Shown piece by piece: positions 27,765 through 38,921 of a stretch of 64,000 nt of DNA. Origin of the DNA: Nitrospirota bacterium (lineage in GTDB: Bacteria; Nitrospirota; UBA9217); assembly GCA_963663225.1 (NCBI GenBank), contig OY760142.1:2528001-2592000 (forward strand), written 5' to 3'. Each line of letters starts with the position of its first letter. Position 1 is the stretch's first letter. Under the pieces are notes generated by a model. It was not told where the DNA came from and did not search any database. It worked only from the letters and a program-made list of their open reading frames with translations. The position numbers and the translations under genes are program-made.

Positions 27765-28364
27765 ATGTCAACATATACGGTAGCGGTAACAGGCGCTTCA
27801 GGCGCTCCCTATGCTTACCGGCTTCTTCAGGTATTGGTTCAAGCCGGGCATTCTGTTTATGTCTCCATTTCTGCAACGGGAGTATCAATTCTTGCTGCGG
27901 AGGCGAATCTGCATCTCAGAGGATCGGAGAACGATATCCAGCAACAACTCCGAAATCATTTTGGTGCAAAGGAAGGCCAAATCACGTATTTTGATGAAGA
28001 TAACCTGTATGTCCCGATTGCAAGCGGTTCTATTCCGGTGGACGCCATGGTTGTCATTCCCTGCTCCATGAAAACACTGGCATCCGTTGCGAACGGTTTT
28101 TCGTCAAATCTTATCGAACGTGCTGCGGATGTGATGTTGAAGGAGCGTAGAAGGCTTATTCTTGTGCCGCGGGAAGCACCGCTTTCAGCAATCCATCTGA
28201 AGAACATGTTGACGCTTGCCGAGGCCGGTTGCCACATTATTCCGGCAATGCCTGCGTTCTATCATCATCCGAAGGCAATTTCCGACTTGATCGATTTTAT
28301 TGTTGGAAGAGTGCTGAACAGCATGGGGATTGAAAACGAGTTGGCGCCGCGATGGACGGAGTAG
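27765..28364 (+). CDS. ubiX: Flavin prenyltransferase UbiX
   Basis: VTGASGA, ASGS, PCSMKT, RAADV.LKE, PRE, PAFY. Confidence 0.93.
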   Translation: MSTYTVAVTGASGAPYAYRLLQVLVQAGHSVYVSISATGVSILAAEANLHLRGSENDIQQQLRNHFGAKEGQITYFDEDNLYVPIASGSIPVDAMVVIPCSMKTLASVANGFSSNLIERAADVMLKERRRLILVPREAPLSAIHLKNMLTLAEAGCHIIPAMPAFYHHPKAISDLIDFIVGRVLNSMGIENELAPRWTE

Positions 28365-28412
28365 TTGTTCTTACGCTGCCGGTGTGTCACCGGTATTTTT
28401 TGCAGGTGTCAG

Positions 28413-28874
28413 TCAGGCGTTATACTCGGTGCCGCCTCCCTCGCTTTCGCCCAGATTTTTCATCCAGCTGTCGACAATTGAGGCGTCCTGCTTGGATATC
28501 ACGTCCTCCTCAACGAAAACCGGCGCTCCGATACGAATTGCAACGGCAATGGCATCGCTGGGTCGGGAGTCAATGTGATACTCCTTGTTATTTTGGAGAA
28601 GGTAGAGAGAAGCATAGAATGTATTATCGATAAGATCGCTGATGACGACCCGGGCAACTTCAATCTCCAGCCGGTCGAACATGTTGACGATCAGGTCATG
28701 CGTAAAGGGGCGGGACGCCTTAACGTTGCTCATGGCCATTGCGATGGAATTGCCTTCGGAAGCCCCTATCCAGATTGGTAGTATCTTCTTTCCGCTTTCA
28801 TCCTTGAGAACAATAATATAACTGCTGTTCTTGCTGTCAAAGAGAATAGTATTTACGCTCATTTGTATCCACAT
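28413..28874 (-). CDS. Bifunctional nuclease family protein (DUF151)
   Basis: LPIWIG..E..SIA, RPFTHDL, DSRPSDAIAVA. Confidence 0.9.
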   Translation of the reverse strand: MWIQMSVNTILFDSKNSSYIIVLKDESGKKILPIWIGASEGNSIAMAMSNVKASRPFTHDLIVNMFDRLEIEVARVVISDLIDNTFYASLYLLQNNKEYHIDSRPSDAIAVAIRIGAPVFVEEDVISKQDASIVDSWMKNLGESEGGGTEYNA

Positions 28875-28936
28875 GTTTGTTGAGCCCTTTAATTAAAGAT
28901 AGCACACCGAATCTGGCAAGTAAAGGGATTATTTTA

Positions 28937-28964
28937 TTGACTTTTTTTGAAGATAGGCTATACT
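28937..28964 (+). promoter_or_regulatory. sigma70-type promoter of argS
   Basis: TTGACT-16 nt-TATACT. Confidence 0.55.
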
Positions 28965-29000
28965 TTTTACCCTGAAACCGCTAGAAAATACCGATCAAGA

Positions 29001-30665
29001 ATGAAACAAACCATACACGAAATTCTGCATCTCGCACTTACCCGGGCACAAAAAAAGGGCGAGTTAAAGCTTGAAACACCGCCGACGATTATACTTGATA
29101 CCCCGAGAGAGAAAAATCATGGCGACCTTGCTACTACGCTTGCCCTGACGCTGGCGAAACCGGAATCAAAATCCCCGAGGAAGATTGCGGAGATCATCAT
29201 CGCCAATATCCAGGATGATGCCGGCATTATCGAAAAGACCGAAATAGCCGGACCGGGTTTTATTAATTTTTTCTTGAAGCAAGACCGTTGGAAAAAGACG
29301 CTCTTTGAAATAGAGTCGGAAGGGGCTTCGTACGGACTCAAAAACATCGGGAAAGGCGAGCGGGTGCTCGTGGAGTTCGTGAGCGCCAATCCCACGGGTC
29401 CGTTGCATGTCGGCCATGGCCGCGGCGCCGCGGTGGGGGACGCCCTCGCGAATTTGCTAGCAGCGGTCGGCTACGATGTCACGCGCGAATTTTATATCAA
29501 CGATGCAGGCCGCCAGATAAAGCTTCTCAGCGAGTCGATTTATTCGAGGTATCAGCAAGCCTGCGGAAATGCGGTCCAGTTTCCGGAAGACGGTTACCAC
29601 GGCGATTATGTGGAAGAGCTTGCCCGCGACTTTATTCAACAGCACGGGAACAAATATCTGAACGTTCCTTTTGAAGAATGCAGAGATGTATTCGGAATTT
29701 TCGGCAAAGAGATGATGCTTGCCGATATCAGGACCGATCTCGAAGCATTCGGGGTCCGCTTTGATACGTGGTTCAGTGAAGCAAACCTTCTTCAGGATCA
29801 GTCAGTCCAGACCTCTGTCGAAGAATTGCGGGAAAGCAGAAACCTGTATGAGCAGGACGGGGCGCTGTGGTTCCGTTCCACGGCGTTCGGCGACGACAAG
29901 GACCGCGTTGTAAAAAAGCAGGACGGGGCATGGACGTATCTTGCCACGGATATTGCCTATCATCGCCAAAAACTCGGCCGCGGATATAAAACACTTGTGA
30001 ATATTTGGGGAGCCGATCATCATGGTTACATCCCCCGTATGCAGGCGGTCATTCAGGCTTTCGGCCATCCCAAAGATTCACTGCACGTCCTTCTTGTCCA
30101 ATTGGTGGCCATTTTGCGGCATGGACAGCCGGTTCCCATGTCCAAACGTGCCGGAACGTTTGTGACGCTCAGAGATGTTGTGCAGGACGTCGGTGCCGAT
30201 GTGGCGCGCTATATTTTCCTGACACGCCGCTCCGACAGCCATCTGGATTTCGACCTGGATGTTGCAAAAGAACAGTCCAGGGAAAACCCGGTGTATTATG
30301 TTCAATATGCTCATGCGCGGCTGGCAAGCCTGTTTCGTGAAGCTGAGTCGAGAAAAATTTCAATACCCAAAAGCAGCACTGCGGATTTAAACCTCCTGGA
30401 CCAGTCGGAGGAACAACACCTTATAAAAGCCCTTGCAAAATATCCCGAACTGGTTGAAGAAGCGGCACAGGCTTATGAACCTCACCGGCTGACGTATTAT
30501 TTGCAGGACCTTGCCGGTCTGCTCCATAATTACTATTTTAAACATCGGGTCATTACCGATGATGTGGATCGTACCGGAGCAAAACTCTTTCTTTTGAAAC
30601 AGGTAAAGACCGTTATACAGAGTGCACTCGGGATTCTGGGGGTCAGTGCTCCGGACAGGATGTGA
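29001..30665 (+). CDS. argS: Arginine--tRNA ligase
   Basis: EFVSANPTGPLHVGH, WGADHHGY, MSKRAG, YVQYAHAR, C-terminal PDRM. Confidence 0.97.
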   Translation: MKQTIHEILHLALTRAQKKGELKLETPPTIILDTPREKNHGDLATTLALTLAKPESKSPRKIAEIIIANIQDDAGIIEKTEIAGPGFINFFLKQDRWKKTLFEIESEGASYGLKNIGKGERVLVEFVSANPTGPLHVGHGRGAAVGDALANLLAAVGYDVTREFYINDAGRQIKLLSESIYSRYQQACGNAVQFPEDGYHGDYVEELARDFIQQHGNKYLNVPFEECRDVFGIFGKEMMLADIRTDLEAFGVRFDTWFSEANLLQDQSVQTSVEELRESRNLYEQDGALWFRSTAFGDDKDRVVKKQDGAWTYLATDIAYHRQKLGRGYKTLVNIWGADHHGYIPRMQAVIQAFGHPKDSLHVLLVQLVAILRHGQPVPMSKRAGTFVTLRDVVQDVGADVARYIFLTRRSDSHLDFDLDVAKEQSRENPVYYVQYAHARLASLFREAESRKISIPKSSTADLNLLDQSEEQHLIKALAKYPELVEEAAQAYEPHRLTYYLQDLAGLLHNYYFKHRVITDDVDRTGAKLFLLKQVKTVIQSALGILGVSAPDRM

Positions 30666-30740
30666 TCTGACTGATTGTCAATGTACAGATCCGGCATTAA
30701 AATTTTTTATTATGCCCCTCATTCCTCAACACAAAAATAA

Positions 30741-31865
<1,125 letters not shown>

Positions 31866-31961
31866 CCTGCTGTCGTAAAAAGTTGCAAATCTGCAAAATA
31901 ATATAGTATCCTGCTTGGCATACAGGCACTCATATTCGAAATCCAAAAAGGAGGGATTACA

Positions 31962-32300
31962 ATGTTTGTAGAAACCGCATATGCAATGGGAGCGTCCGGA
32001 GGAGATCAGGCAGCGCAAGGAGCCGGAGGACAATTTTCTAGTCTTATTTTGATGCTTTTCATTTTCGGTATTTTTTATTTTCTTATGATACGGCCCCAGC
32101 AGAAAAGAATGAAAGAACATAAGAAGATGGTAAATGAACTTAAAAAAGGTGATCGTATTGTTACGGCAGGCGGTATGTACGGTACCGTGGAAAACATTAT
32201 GGAAAATACACTGACCGTAAAAATAGCCGAAGGGGTGAAAGTGAAGATTACCAGGGGGTCAATCGGTTCCGTAATAAAGGATGAGGATGAGAAAGAATAA
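31962..32300 (+). CDS. yajC: Preprotein translocase subunit YajC
   Basis: YFLMIRPQQKR, LKKGD.IVTAGG. Confidence 0.96.
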   Translation: MFVETAYAMGASGGDQAAQGAGGQFSSLILMLFIFGIFYFLMIRPQQKRMKEHKKMVNELKKGDRIVTAGGMYGTVENIMENTLTVKIAEGVKVKITRGSIGSVIKDEDEKE

Positions 32301-32369
32301 GCAACAGGTTGTGGAAAAAAAGTTCGTACAGCATATTTTAGGGTTGCAGCACGCGGGAGGCGTATAGTT

Positions 32370-33941
32370 ATGAAAAAGAGTATTCAATGGAGGCTGGCGC
32401 TTATTGCCCTTTCGGTGTTAATTGCGCTGTTTCTGTTCCTGCCGTCTACACCGCTTTGGGATAGTTTGCCGGAGTGGTGGCACAAGAGTGTGCCCAAGAT
32501 AGCACTCGGACTCGATCTCAGGGGAGGCAGCCACCTGGTCATGCAGGTAGAAACAGACAAGGCCGTGGAATCCTCTGTGGATAATATCGTTGCAGACCTT
32601 CAAACGACGGCGGCGACGCAGCCGCTTGCGGTGACCTTTGCCAGAGCAGGTCAGGGAATAACGGCAACTTTTGCGGAGCCGCTCCGCGAAAAAGTCGAAA
32701 AACTTCTCGGCACCTATGCTATTCTGGACCTTAAAACCCAGGCCAAAGGGGAACTGACGTACGCGCTTAAACCTGCGGAAGTCAGACGCATCAAGGAGTC
32801 AGCCGTAAACCAGGCCCTTGAGCGGACCCGAAGACGTGTGGACAAATACGGTGTGGCAGAGCCTGCCATTTACAAACAGGAGCAGGATCAGATCGCTCTT
32901 CAGTTGCCTGGAGTAAAAAACCCTCAGGAGGCAATCAGCTTCATTAAAACAGCAGGCCGGCTTGAGTTCAGGCTGGTTGATACCGATCCGAACAATCTTC
33001 AGAAAGCGCTTGCTGGAAAACCCCCGGCGGGAACAGAAATCCTGTATGAAGAACGGGAAAATGATGCCGGCAAGATTGTCAAACAGCCGATTCTCGTTTA
33101 TACAAAGACGCTGCTGACTGGTGACCGCCTGAAAGAAGCAAAAGTCGGTATTGACCAATTTAATAAACCGGCGGTATCCATTACGTTTGACAGTGAAGGC
33201 GCACGGATTTTTGACCGTATTACCGCAGACAATATCGGCAGACTTCTGGCCATCATTCTTGACGGAGTCGTGCATTCTGCGCCGAGGATTCAAGACCGGA
33301 TTGGCGGGGGGACTGCCCAGATTACCGGCCATTTTACTCATGATGAAGCATCAAAACTTGCCATTGTGCTGCGTGAGTCGCTTCCCGCACCGGTAAAAAT
33401 CGTGCAGAATGTAACGGTGGGACCGTCACTTGGCCAGGATTCCATTCTCATGGGAACGCGGGCAGCCTTGATAGGCGGCCTGGTCGTTATTATTTTTATG
33501 GTGGTTTATTACCGGATGTCGGGATTGATTGCCGACTATGCCATTGTATTAAATCTTGTATTGCTTCTTGGGGCCATGGCACTTTTGAGCGCAACTCTTA
33601 CCTTGCCGGGCATAGCGGGCATTATTCTGACCATCGGTATGGGCGTTGACTCGAACGTGCTTATGTTTGAACGCATACGCGAAGAAATTCGCTTGGGCAA
33701 ACAGCCTCGTCCGGCAGTGGATGCCGGATATGACAAGGCATTTCTCACAATTCTCGACTCACATGTGACCACTCTTATTACCGCGGTCGTTCTCTTCATG
33801 TTTGGTACGGGCCCTATAAAAGGGTTTGCGGTGACCCTGAGTCTCGGTATTATGATCAATCTGTACTCTGCGCTTGTTGGTACGAAAGTAATATTCGACA
33901 TCATTAATAGCCGCTGGAAACTGGAAAAACTGAGCATATAA
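32370..33941 (+). CDS. secD: Protein translocase subunit SecD
   Basis: LGLDLRGG, VGPSLG, TLPGIAG, VDSNVLMFERIREE. Confidence 0.97.
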   Translation: MKKSIQWRLALIALSVLIALFLFLPSTPLWDSLPEWWHKSVPKIALGLDLRGGSHLVMQVETDKAVESSVDNIVADLQTTAATQPLAVTFARAGQGITATFAEPLREKVEKLLGTYAILDLKTQAKGELTYALKPAEVRRIKESAVNQALERTRRRVDKYGVAEPAIYKQEQDQIALQLPGVKNPQEAISFIKTAGRLEFRLVDTDPNNLQKALAGKPPAGTEILYEERENDAGKIVKQPILVYTKTLLTGDRLKEAKVGIDQFNKPAVSITFDSEGARIFDRITADNIGRLLAIILDGVVHSAPRIQDRIGGGTAQITGHFTHDEASKLAIVLRESLPAPVKIVQNVTVGPSLGQDSILMGTRAALIGGLVVIIFMVVYYRMSGLIADYAIVLNLVLLLGAMALLSATLTLPGIAGIILTIGMGVDSNVLMFERIREEIRLGKQPRPAVDAGYDKAFLTILDSHVTTLITAVVLFMFGTGPIKGFAVTLSLGIMINLYSALVGTKVIFDIINSRWKLEKLSI

Positions 33942-34011
33942 CTTTTGAAGGTCGGTAGGGTTCATATCGCTTTGAGTTTTTGCGTTGTCTGGATCACTTT
34001 TGGAGGAAATC

Positions 34012-34920
34012 ATGTTCCAAATTTTACATAAGACCAATATAGACTTCATGGGATGGAAAAACATTTCTTTTGCTGTTTCCGGGCTTCTGATATTGCTCGG
34101 TATTCTCTGCCTGGTCCAGATCAGCAGAGGAAAAGCGAACCTCGGCATCGATTTTGTGGGGGGGACGACGGTACAGCTTGCTTTCAAGGAAAAGATACCG
34201 ATCGACAAGGCGCGTACCGCTTTGGAAAAAAATGGCTTCGAAGGCGCGACAATTCAGGAAGTTGGGGAAGGAGAAAACAAGATTCTGATCAGAGTCAGAG
34301 AATCAGAGGGAACGTCCGACAAGATCCAGAACTTGTTTAAGAAGGAGTTCGGCAGCAATCCTTTCGAAGTGGTGAGCATTGAGGAAATCGGTCCGGTGAT
34401 AGGAAAGGCATTGCAGCGCGACGCAGTCATTGCCATTACCGTTTCGATCATAGCGATTATTTTTTACATCGCTCTCCGATTTGAATTTAAATTCGGCGTT
34501 GCTGCTGCCATAGCCACGATGCACGATGTGCTCGGGGTGCTGGGGATATTTTATATATTGAATCTGGAAATAAACCTGCTTATTGTAACGGCACTGCTTA
34601 CGCTTGCCGGCTATTCCCTGACTGATACCGTCGTGGTTTTTGATCGAATTCGTGAAAATCTCAAACGGAGTAAACGCGATCCCTTGCCCAAACTGGTAAA
34701 CAACAGTATTAATGAAGTTTTATCAAGAACGGTCATTACATCGCTTACGGTGGTGCTTGTGCTTGTTCCGCTGGTTTTTTTCGGTGGAGATGTGCTTCAC
34801 ACCTTTTCCGTTGCTCTGCTCATGGGTGTCATTATCGGGACTTATTCGTCAATATTTGTCGCCAGTCCGATTCTTGTCGTATGGCAGGCTAAATCGGGCG
34901 GCAGACTGATTTCAAAATAA
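34012..34920 (+). CDS. secF: Protein translocase subunit SecF
   Basis: GIDFVGG, HDV, GYSLTDTVVVFDRIRE, GTYSSIF; GGAGG RBS before ATG 34012. Confidence 0.96.
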   Translation: MFQILHKTNIDFMGWKNISFAVSGLLILLGILCLVQISRGKANLGIDFVGGTTVQLAFKEKIPIDKARTALEKNGFEGATIQEVGEGENKILIRVRESEGTSDKIQNLFKKEFGSNPFEVVSIEEIGPVIGKALQRDAVIAITVSIIAIIFYIALRFEFKFGVAAAIATMHDVLGVLGIFYILNLEINLLIVTALLTLAGYSLTDTVVVFDRIRENLKRSKRDPLPKLVNNSINEVLSRTVITSLTVVLVLVPLVFFGGDVLHTFSVALLMGVIIGTYSSIFVASPILVVWQAKSGGRLISK

Positions 34921-34943
34921 ATCAATATGACCAGGTGAGGCGA

Positions 34944-35005
34944 AGGTGCAGGTGCTAGCGCATCAAGGACGTTATTCGATGTGCTTCTATCTGCACCTCT
35001 TTTTT
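34944..35005 (+). terminator. Long imperfect hairpin plus T-run after secF
   Basis: Outer stem AGGTGCAG/CTGCACCT, inner stem AGCGCATC/GATGTGCT, then CTTTTTT. Confidence 0.65.
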
Positions 35006-35127
35006 GTCCATTTGAGTCAAAAAAACTTTAATTCCTTTAAAATCATACACTTATAAAATATGTGGTACGTATATACATCAATTTCCCTTTCACCTACGCG
35101 TTTTCTCCAAAGCCTGGGTGAGTTCTA

Positions 35128-35156
35128 TTGACACAGAAGGCAGGTGACTATATTAT
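35128..35156 (+). promoter_or_regulatory. sigma70-type promoter of the lytic transglycosylase gene
   Basis: TTGACA-17 nt-TATTAT. Confidence 0.55.
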
Positions 35157-35208
35157 TATAGATAAATATCGGTTTTTGTATCTAAATCCTGTTCGATACT
35201 GGTCATTC

Positions 35209-37584
35209 ATGTCAACCTTAAAGACAGTTTTCCTGCTGTTCACGCTCCTTGTCCTCTCTTCCTGTGGAGGACTGAACCTTTCTCAGGACCCATCTGACCC
35301 GCTTTCTCGACGTGCTTCCCGTTTGCCCGAAACGGCTGAGCCGCTTCCTGCGAAGTATTTGCGAGAAGCTGCTGAACTCATTAAATCAGGAGATACCACT
35401 GCCGCACAAATAATCTTATGGCGTGTTAAGGAACAATACCCCGGTACGCCATGGTATGGGCGGGCTCTTTTTTTGACGGAGCGTGTTTTTATTCAACTGG
35501 ATCAGGCCGAAGATGCTGATGCGGTGATGCTCCGCATTCAGAGTGAATATCCCGAACTTGCTGATTATGCGATATTTATCCTCGCTGAATATTACTATGC
35601 TCGGGAACGCTATACGAAGGCGGCTACGCTTTACCAGCTTATCCTTGACCGTTATACAAAAAGTTTATTAACGGTGCGGTCATTATTTCTGCGGTCCCAG
35701 GCTCTTCTGAAGGCAGAAGCGTATCTTTATGCGCAGGACTCTTTCGAAAAATTTTTAAACGATAATCCCCGCTCTGAGTTTGCTCCTGCGGCGGCCTTAG
35801 GACTAGGAAGAGCATTACGAGGACAATCGCGTATTCCTGAAGCGACGAAGACATATTTGGATGTATTGATTAAATATCCAGGCGCTCCTCTTGAACAGGA
35901 TATTGAAGATGAGCTTGCGGAGTTAAGAAAAACCAACAGCGTTCCCGGCTTTTCTCCCGAGGATATATATGACCGGGGGAAAAACCTGTACCGTTCCAAA
36001 CAATACAGCAGGGCATTTGATACATTCTCACAGTTGGATCTGTCTGAATTGAATCCTCAGTACCAACCGGATGTCCTGTTTATGAACGGAATTGCCGCTT
36101 TTAATTCAGGAAGACGAAATGAAGCAACCGGCAGTCTTCAGAAACTGATTCGACAATATCCCGACGATCCACGCATACCGGAGGCATTAAACTGGCTTGG
36201 AAAATCCTATAGCAGATTGGGAGACTGGGAGAAAGGCAGCGAGGCGTTCCAAAAAATTCTTGATCGATTCTCAGAAAGTGAATGGGCGGATGATGCGCTG
36301 TTTCTTCTCGGAAATATCAATCGGGAAACCGGCGACGTCGACAAATCCTTGTCCTATTACGAAACGCTGGTAAAAAAATATCCACAAAGCAAGTTTGCCG
36401 ACAGCGCGCTTTGGTGGCAGGCATGGTTGTGGTATGCCGTCGGTGATTATCAAAAAGCCACGCGCAGTCTTCAAAGACTGACGGTACGATATCCGCGTTC
36501 ATTCCTGGTGCATCAGGCCCGGTACTGGCAGGGGAAAATGGCTGAAAAAATCGGAGATTTCCCCCGTGCGCGTACCTATTATCGGTTGGTGCTTAATAAA
36601 GGATTATATACCTTTTACGGTTACCGCGCTGCAGAGCGGATCGCTTTTTTAGAAGATTTCACCTCGGCACAACAAAGACCTGTACCGGATGAAGAGCTCG
36701 TTGCATGTAAAAAAAATGAATGTCCTGATGAACCTGTGTATTCCTATGCGGGAGATGAAACGCCGCCGGTCTGGACGGAGGAAACGCGTTCGCTTCTGAC
36801 AGCTGATCCCTCTTTCAAAAAAACACTCGATCTGCTTTATGTAGATATGAAAACAGAGGCCTCCGCCGAATTGTGGTCATTGCAGGAAAAATTCCCGCCA
36901 AAACGCGGTGCGCTGATAGGTCTGAGTAAGGCCTTTTTTGAACTTGGTGATTTCTACCGGTCGCATATTCTCGTGATCAAAAAATACGAGCGGTATCTGG
37001 AAACACCCGATACCAGTACTCCGGAAGACCTCTGGCGTCTTGCATATCCTCTGGCATATTGGAACAGCATTCTTTCGTATGCACGCAAATACGGTCAGGA
37101 TCCGTATTTCATCGCCGCGATAATCAAAGAGGAAAGTCAATTTAAAACAGATGCATTATCTCCGGCAGGCGCGCGGGGTCTCATGCAGGTAATGCCGGCG
37201 ACAGGCGTGCGTGTCGCGCAGCAGATCAAATTGCGGAAGTTTAACCGCGAAAAACTCTATGAAGTAGATACCATCATCAATATAGGAACATGGTATATCA
37301 GCCATCTCATGAAACGATACAAGGGCGATCCTTTTTTTGTTGCGGCTGCATATAATGCCGGCCCTGACGCCGTTTCTCAATGGATCAAAAAAAACATAAA
37401 TGGCAATGACCGAGACGCATTTGTGGAATCGATACCGTATATGGAAACAAGAGGGTATGTAAAAAAAGTTATGAGAAATTATTTCGAATATAAAAGAATT
37501 TACGGAAAAACCTCAGAGGTTCCACCGCTGGTACCTGTATTGCCTGCGGATTCCATTCGGGCGGTTATTGTGGAAAAAAGATAA
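35209..37584 (+). CDS. TPR-repeat lytic murein transglycosylase lipoprotein (Slt-like)
   Basis: LVLSSC lipobox; several YP.S/T TPR repeats; C-terminal SLT motifs IKEES, GLMQ, AYNAG, ETRGYV. Confidence 0.9.
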   Translation: MSTLKTVFLLFTLLVLSSCGGLNLSQDPSDPLSRRASRLPETAEPLPAKYLREAAELIKSGDTTAAQIILWRVKEQYPGTPWYGRALFLTERVFIQLDQAEDADAVMLRIQSEYPELADYAIFILAEYYYARERYTKAATLYQLILDRYTKSLLTVRSLFLRSQALLKAEAYLYAQDSFEKFLNDNPRSEFAPAAALGLGRALRGQSRIPEATKTYLDVLIKYPGAPLEQDIEDELAELRKTNSVPGFSPEDIYDRGKNLYRSKQYSRAFDTFSQLDLSELNPQYQPDVLFMNGIAAFNSGRRNEATGSLQKLIRQYPDDPRIPEALNWLGKSYSRLGDWEKGSEAFQKILDRFSESEWADDALFLLGNINRETGDVDKSLSYYETLVKKYPQSKFADSALWWQAWLWYAVGDYQKATRSLQRLTVRYPRSFLVHQARYWQGKMAEKIGDFPRARTYYRLVLNKGLYTFYGYRAAERIAFLEDFTSAQQRPVPDEELVACKKNECPDEPVYSYAGDETPPVWTEETRSLLTADPSFKKTLDLLYVDMKTEASAELWSLQEKFPPKRGALIGLSKAFFELGDFYRSHILVIKKYERYLETPDTSTPEDLWRLAYPLAYWNSILSYARKYGQDPYFIAAIIKEESQFKTDALSPAGARGLMQVMPATGVRVAQQIKLRKFNREKLYEVDTIINIGTWYISHLMKRYKGDPFFVAAAYNAGPDAVSQWIKKNINGNDRDAFVESIPYMETRGYVKKVMRNYFEYKRIYGKTSEVPPLVPVLPADSIRAVIVEKR

Positions 37585-37659
37585 AAAAACAATAATTTTA
37601 ATGAGAAAGCGACGAATTTTTTCTGTTTTTTGCATGACTACGGAAAGAAGGCGGAAACA

Positions 37660-37884
37660 GTGAATAAACATGAAGAGGCGTTCTCGGAAATAGAAATGCG
37701 GGTAACACTGCTTCTAGCTCAGAACGCTCGTCTTAAAAACCGGATCGATGACCTCGATAAAGAACTGCTCCGTATCCGCAACGATGCGCAGCACGTCGAG
37801 CATTTGTATGGAGAAAAACTACATATTAAGAAAAAAATCGAGCAGATTCTCCAGTCGCTTGAAGACGCTACCGGCAAAGATTAG
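37660..37884 (+). CDS. Small coiled-coil protein, ZapB-like
   Basis: FSEIEMRV..LL..N..LK...IKKKIEQILQSLE heptad pattern; GTG start at 37660 is tentative. Confidence 0.55.
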   Translation: MNKHEEAFSEIEMRVTLLLAQNARLKNRIDDLDKELLRIRNDAQHVEHLYGEKLHIKKKIEQILQSLEDATGKD

Positions 37885-37909
37885 CTGCCGCCGTTCATCA
37901 TTAACGCTT

Positions 37910-38809
37910 ATGAAACCGGAACTGGATATTAATAAAACGCTTCTTGACAACCTGTACGAAGGCGTGTATTTCGTAGACCGCGAGAGAAAAATAACATACT
38001 GGAACAAGGGCGCGGAACGAATTACCGGATATACCGCACAGGAAGTCCTCGGCAAGTCCTGCTCGGATGATATTCTCATGCATGTGGACATGAGTGGAAA
38101 CGCTCTCTGTGAAGAAAACTGTCCGGTGCTGATAGCCCTTCAAAACGGTCATGAACAGAACGCGGAAATGTTTTTGCAGCATAAGAACGGCCACCGGATA
38201 CCGGTAAATATGCGCCTTGTTCCTTTACGGGATGCAGATAATGAAATCATCGGTGGCATTGAAATCTTTACCATCAGCACCCCGGCCGCAACGGCGATCG
38301 ACCGGCTTGCCGAACTTGAAAGAATTGCTTTCCTTGACGGACTTACCGGCCTCGCAAACAGACGATATGCAGAAATCACCTTGAATGCGCGCTTGGAGGA
38401 ACTGGAACGTTATGGCTGGAAATTCGGCGTTCTGTTCATTGACATCGACTTTTTTAAGACAATCAATGACGTGTATGGACATGACGTAGGCGACGATGTA
38501 CTTATTATGGTAGGGAACACATTGAGGAACAGTGTCCGGCCATTTGATATCGTAAGTCGGTGGGGAGGCGAGGAATACCTTGCCGTGATTATTCACGTTA
38601 CGAAAGAGGAGCTAGCGCTGACGGCAAACCGTTGCCGTTTCCTCGTGCAGCAATCCAATCTGCCGTCAGTGCCGCATCTTCGTGTTACCGTTTCTCTTGG
38701 AGGCACGCTTGCCCGTCCTGAAGATACCGTATCAACGCTTTTCAAAAGAGTGGACAGGCTTATGTACCGCAGTAAAGAAACCGGCAGAAACCGTGTGACG
38801 ATAGAGTGA
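37910..38809 (+). CDS. PAS-domain diguanylate cyclase
   Basis: PAS (ITYWNKGAERITGY); DGLTGLANRR, DIDFFK.IND.YGH, RPFD I-site, GGEEY. Confidence 0.92.
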   Translation: MKPELDINKTLLDNLYEGVYFVDRERKITYWNKGAERITGYTAQEVLGKSCSDDILMHVDMSGNALCEENCPVLIALQNGHEQNAEMFLQHKNGHRIPVNMRLVPLRDADNEIIGGIEIFTISTPAATAIDRLAELERIAFLDGLTGLANRRYAEITLNARLEELERYGWKFGVLFIDIDFFKTINDVYGHDVGDDVLIMVGNTLRNSVRPFDIVSRWGGEEYLAVIIHVTKEELALTANRCRFLVQQSNLPSVPHLRVTVSLGGTLARPEDTVSTLFKRVDRLMYRSKETGRNRVTIE

Positions 38810-38921
38810 TTGTGTGTGATGTCAATTTGTCTGTCGCCTGCGGCAGTCAGTCAACATGAATGTTTCTGAACCGTTTCGCGTGCCGTTCACAGCGAGTCGC
38901 TCCATTCACCAGAATGCCAGC

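Noticed and set aside
37585-37909. 6S RNA or zapA after the ZapB-like gene
   Set aside because: Only 25 bp separate it from the DGC start, leaving no room
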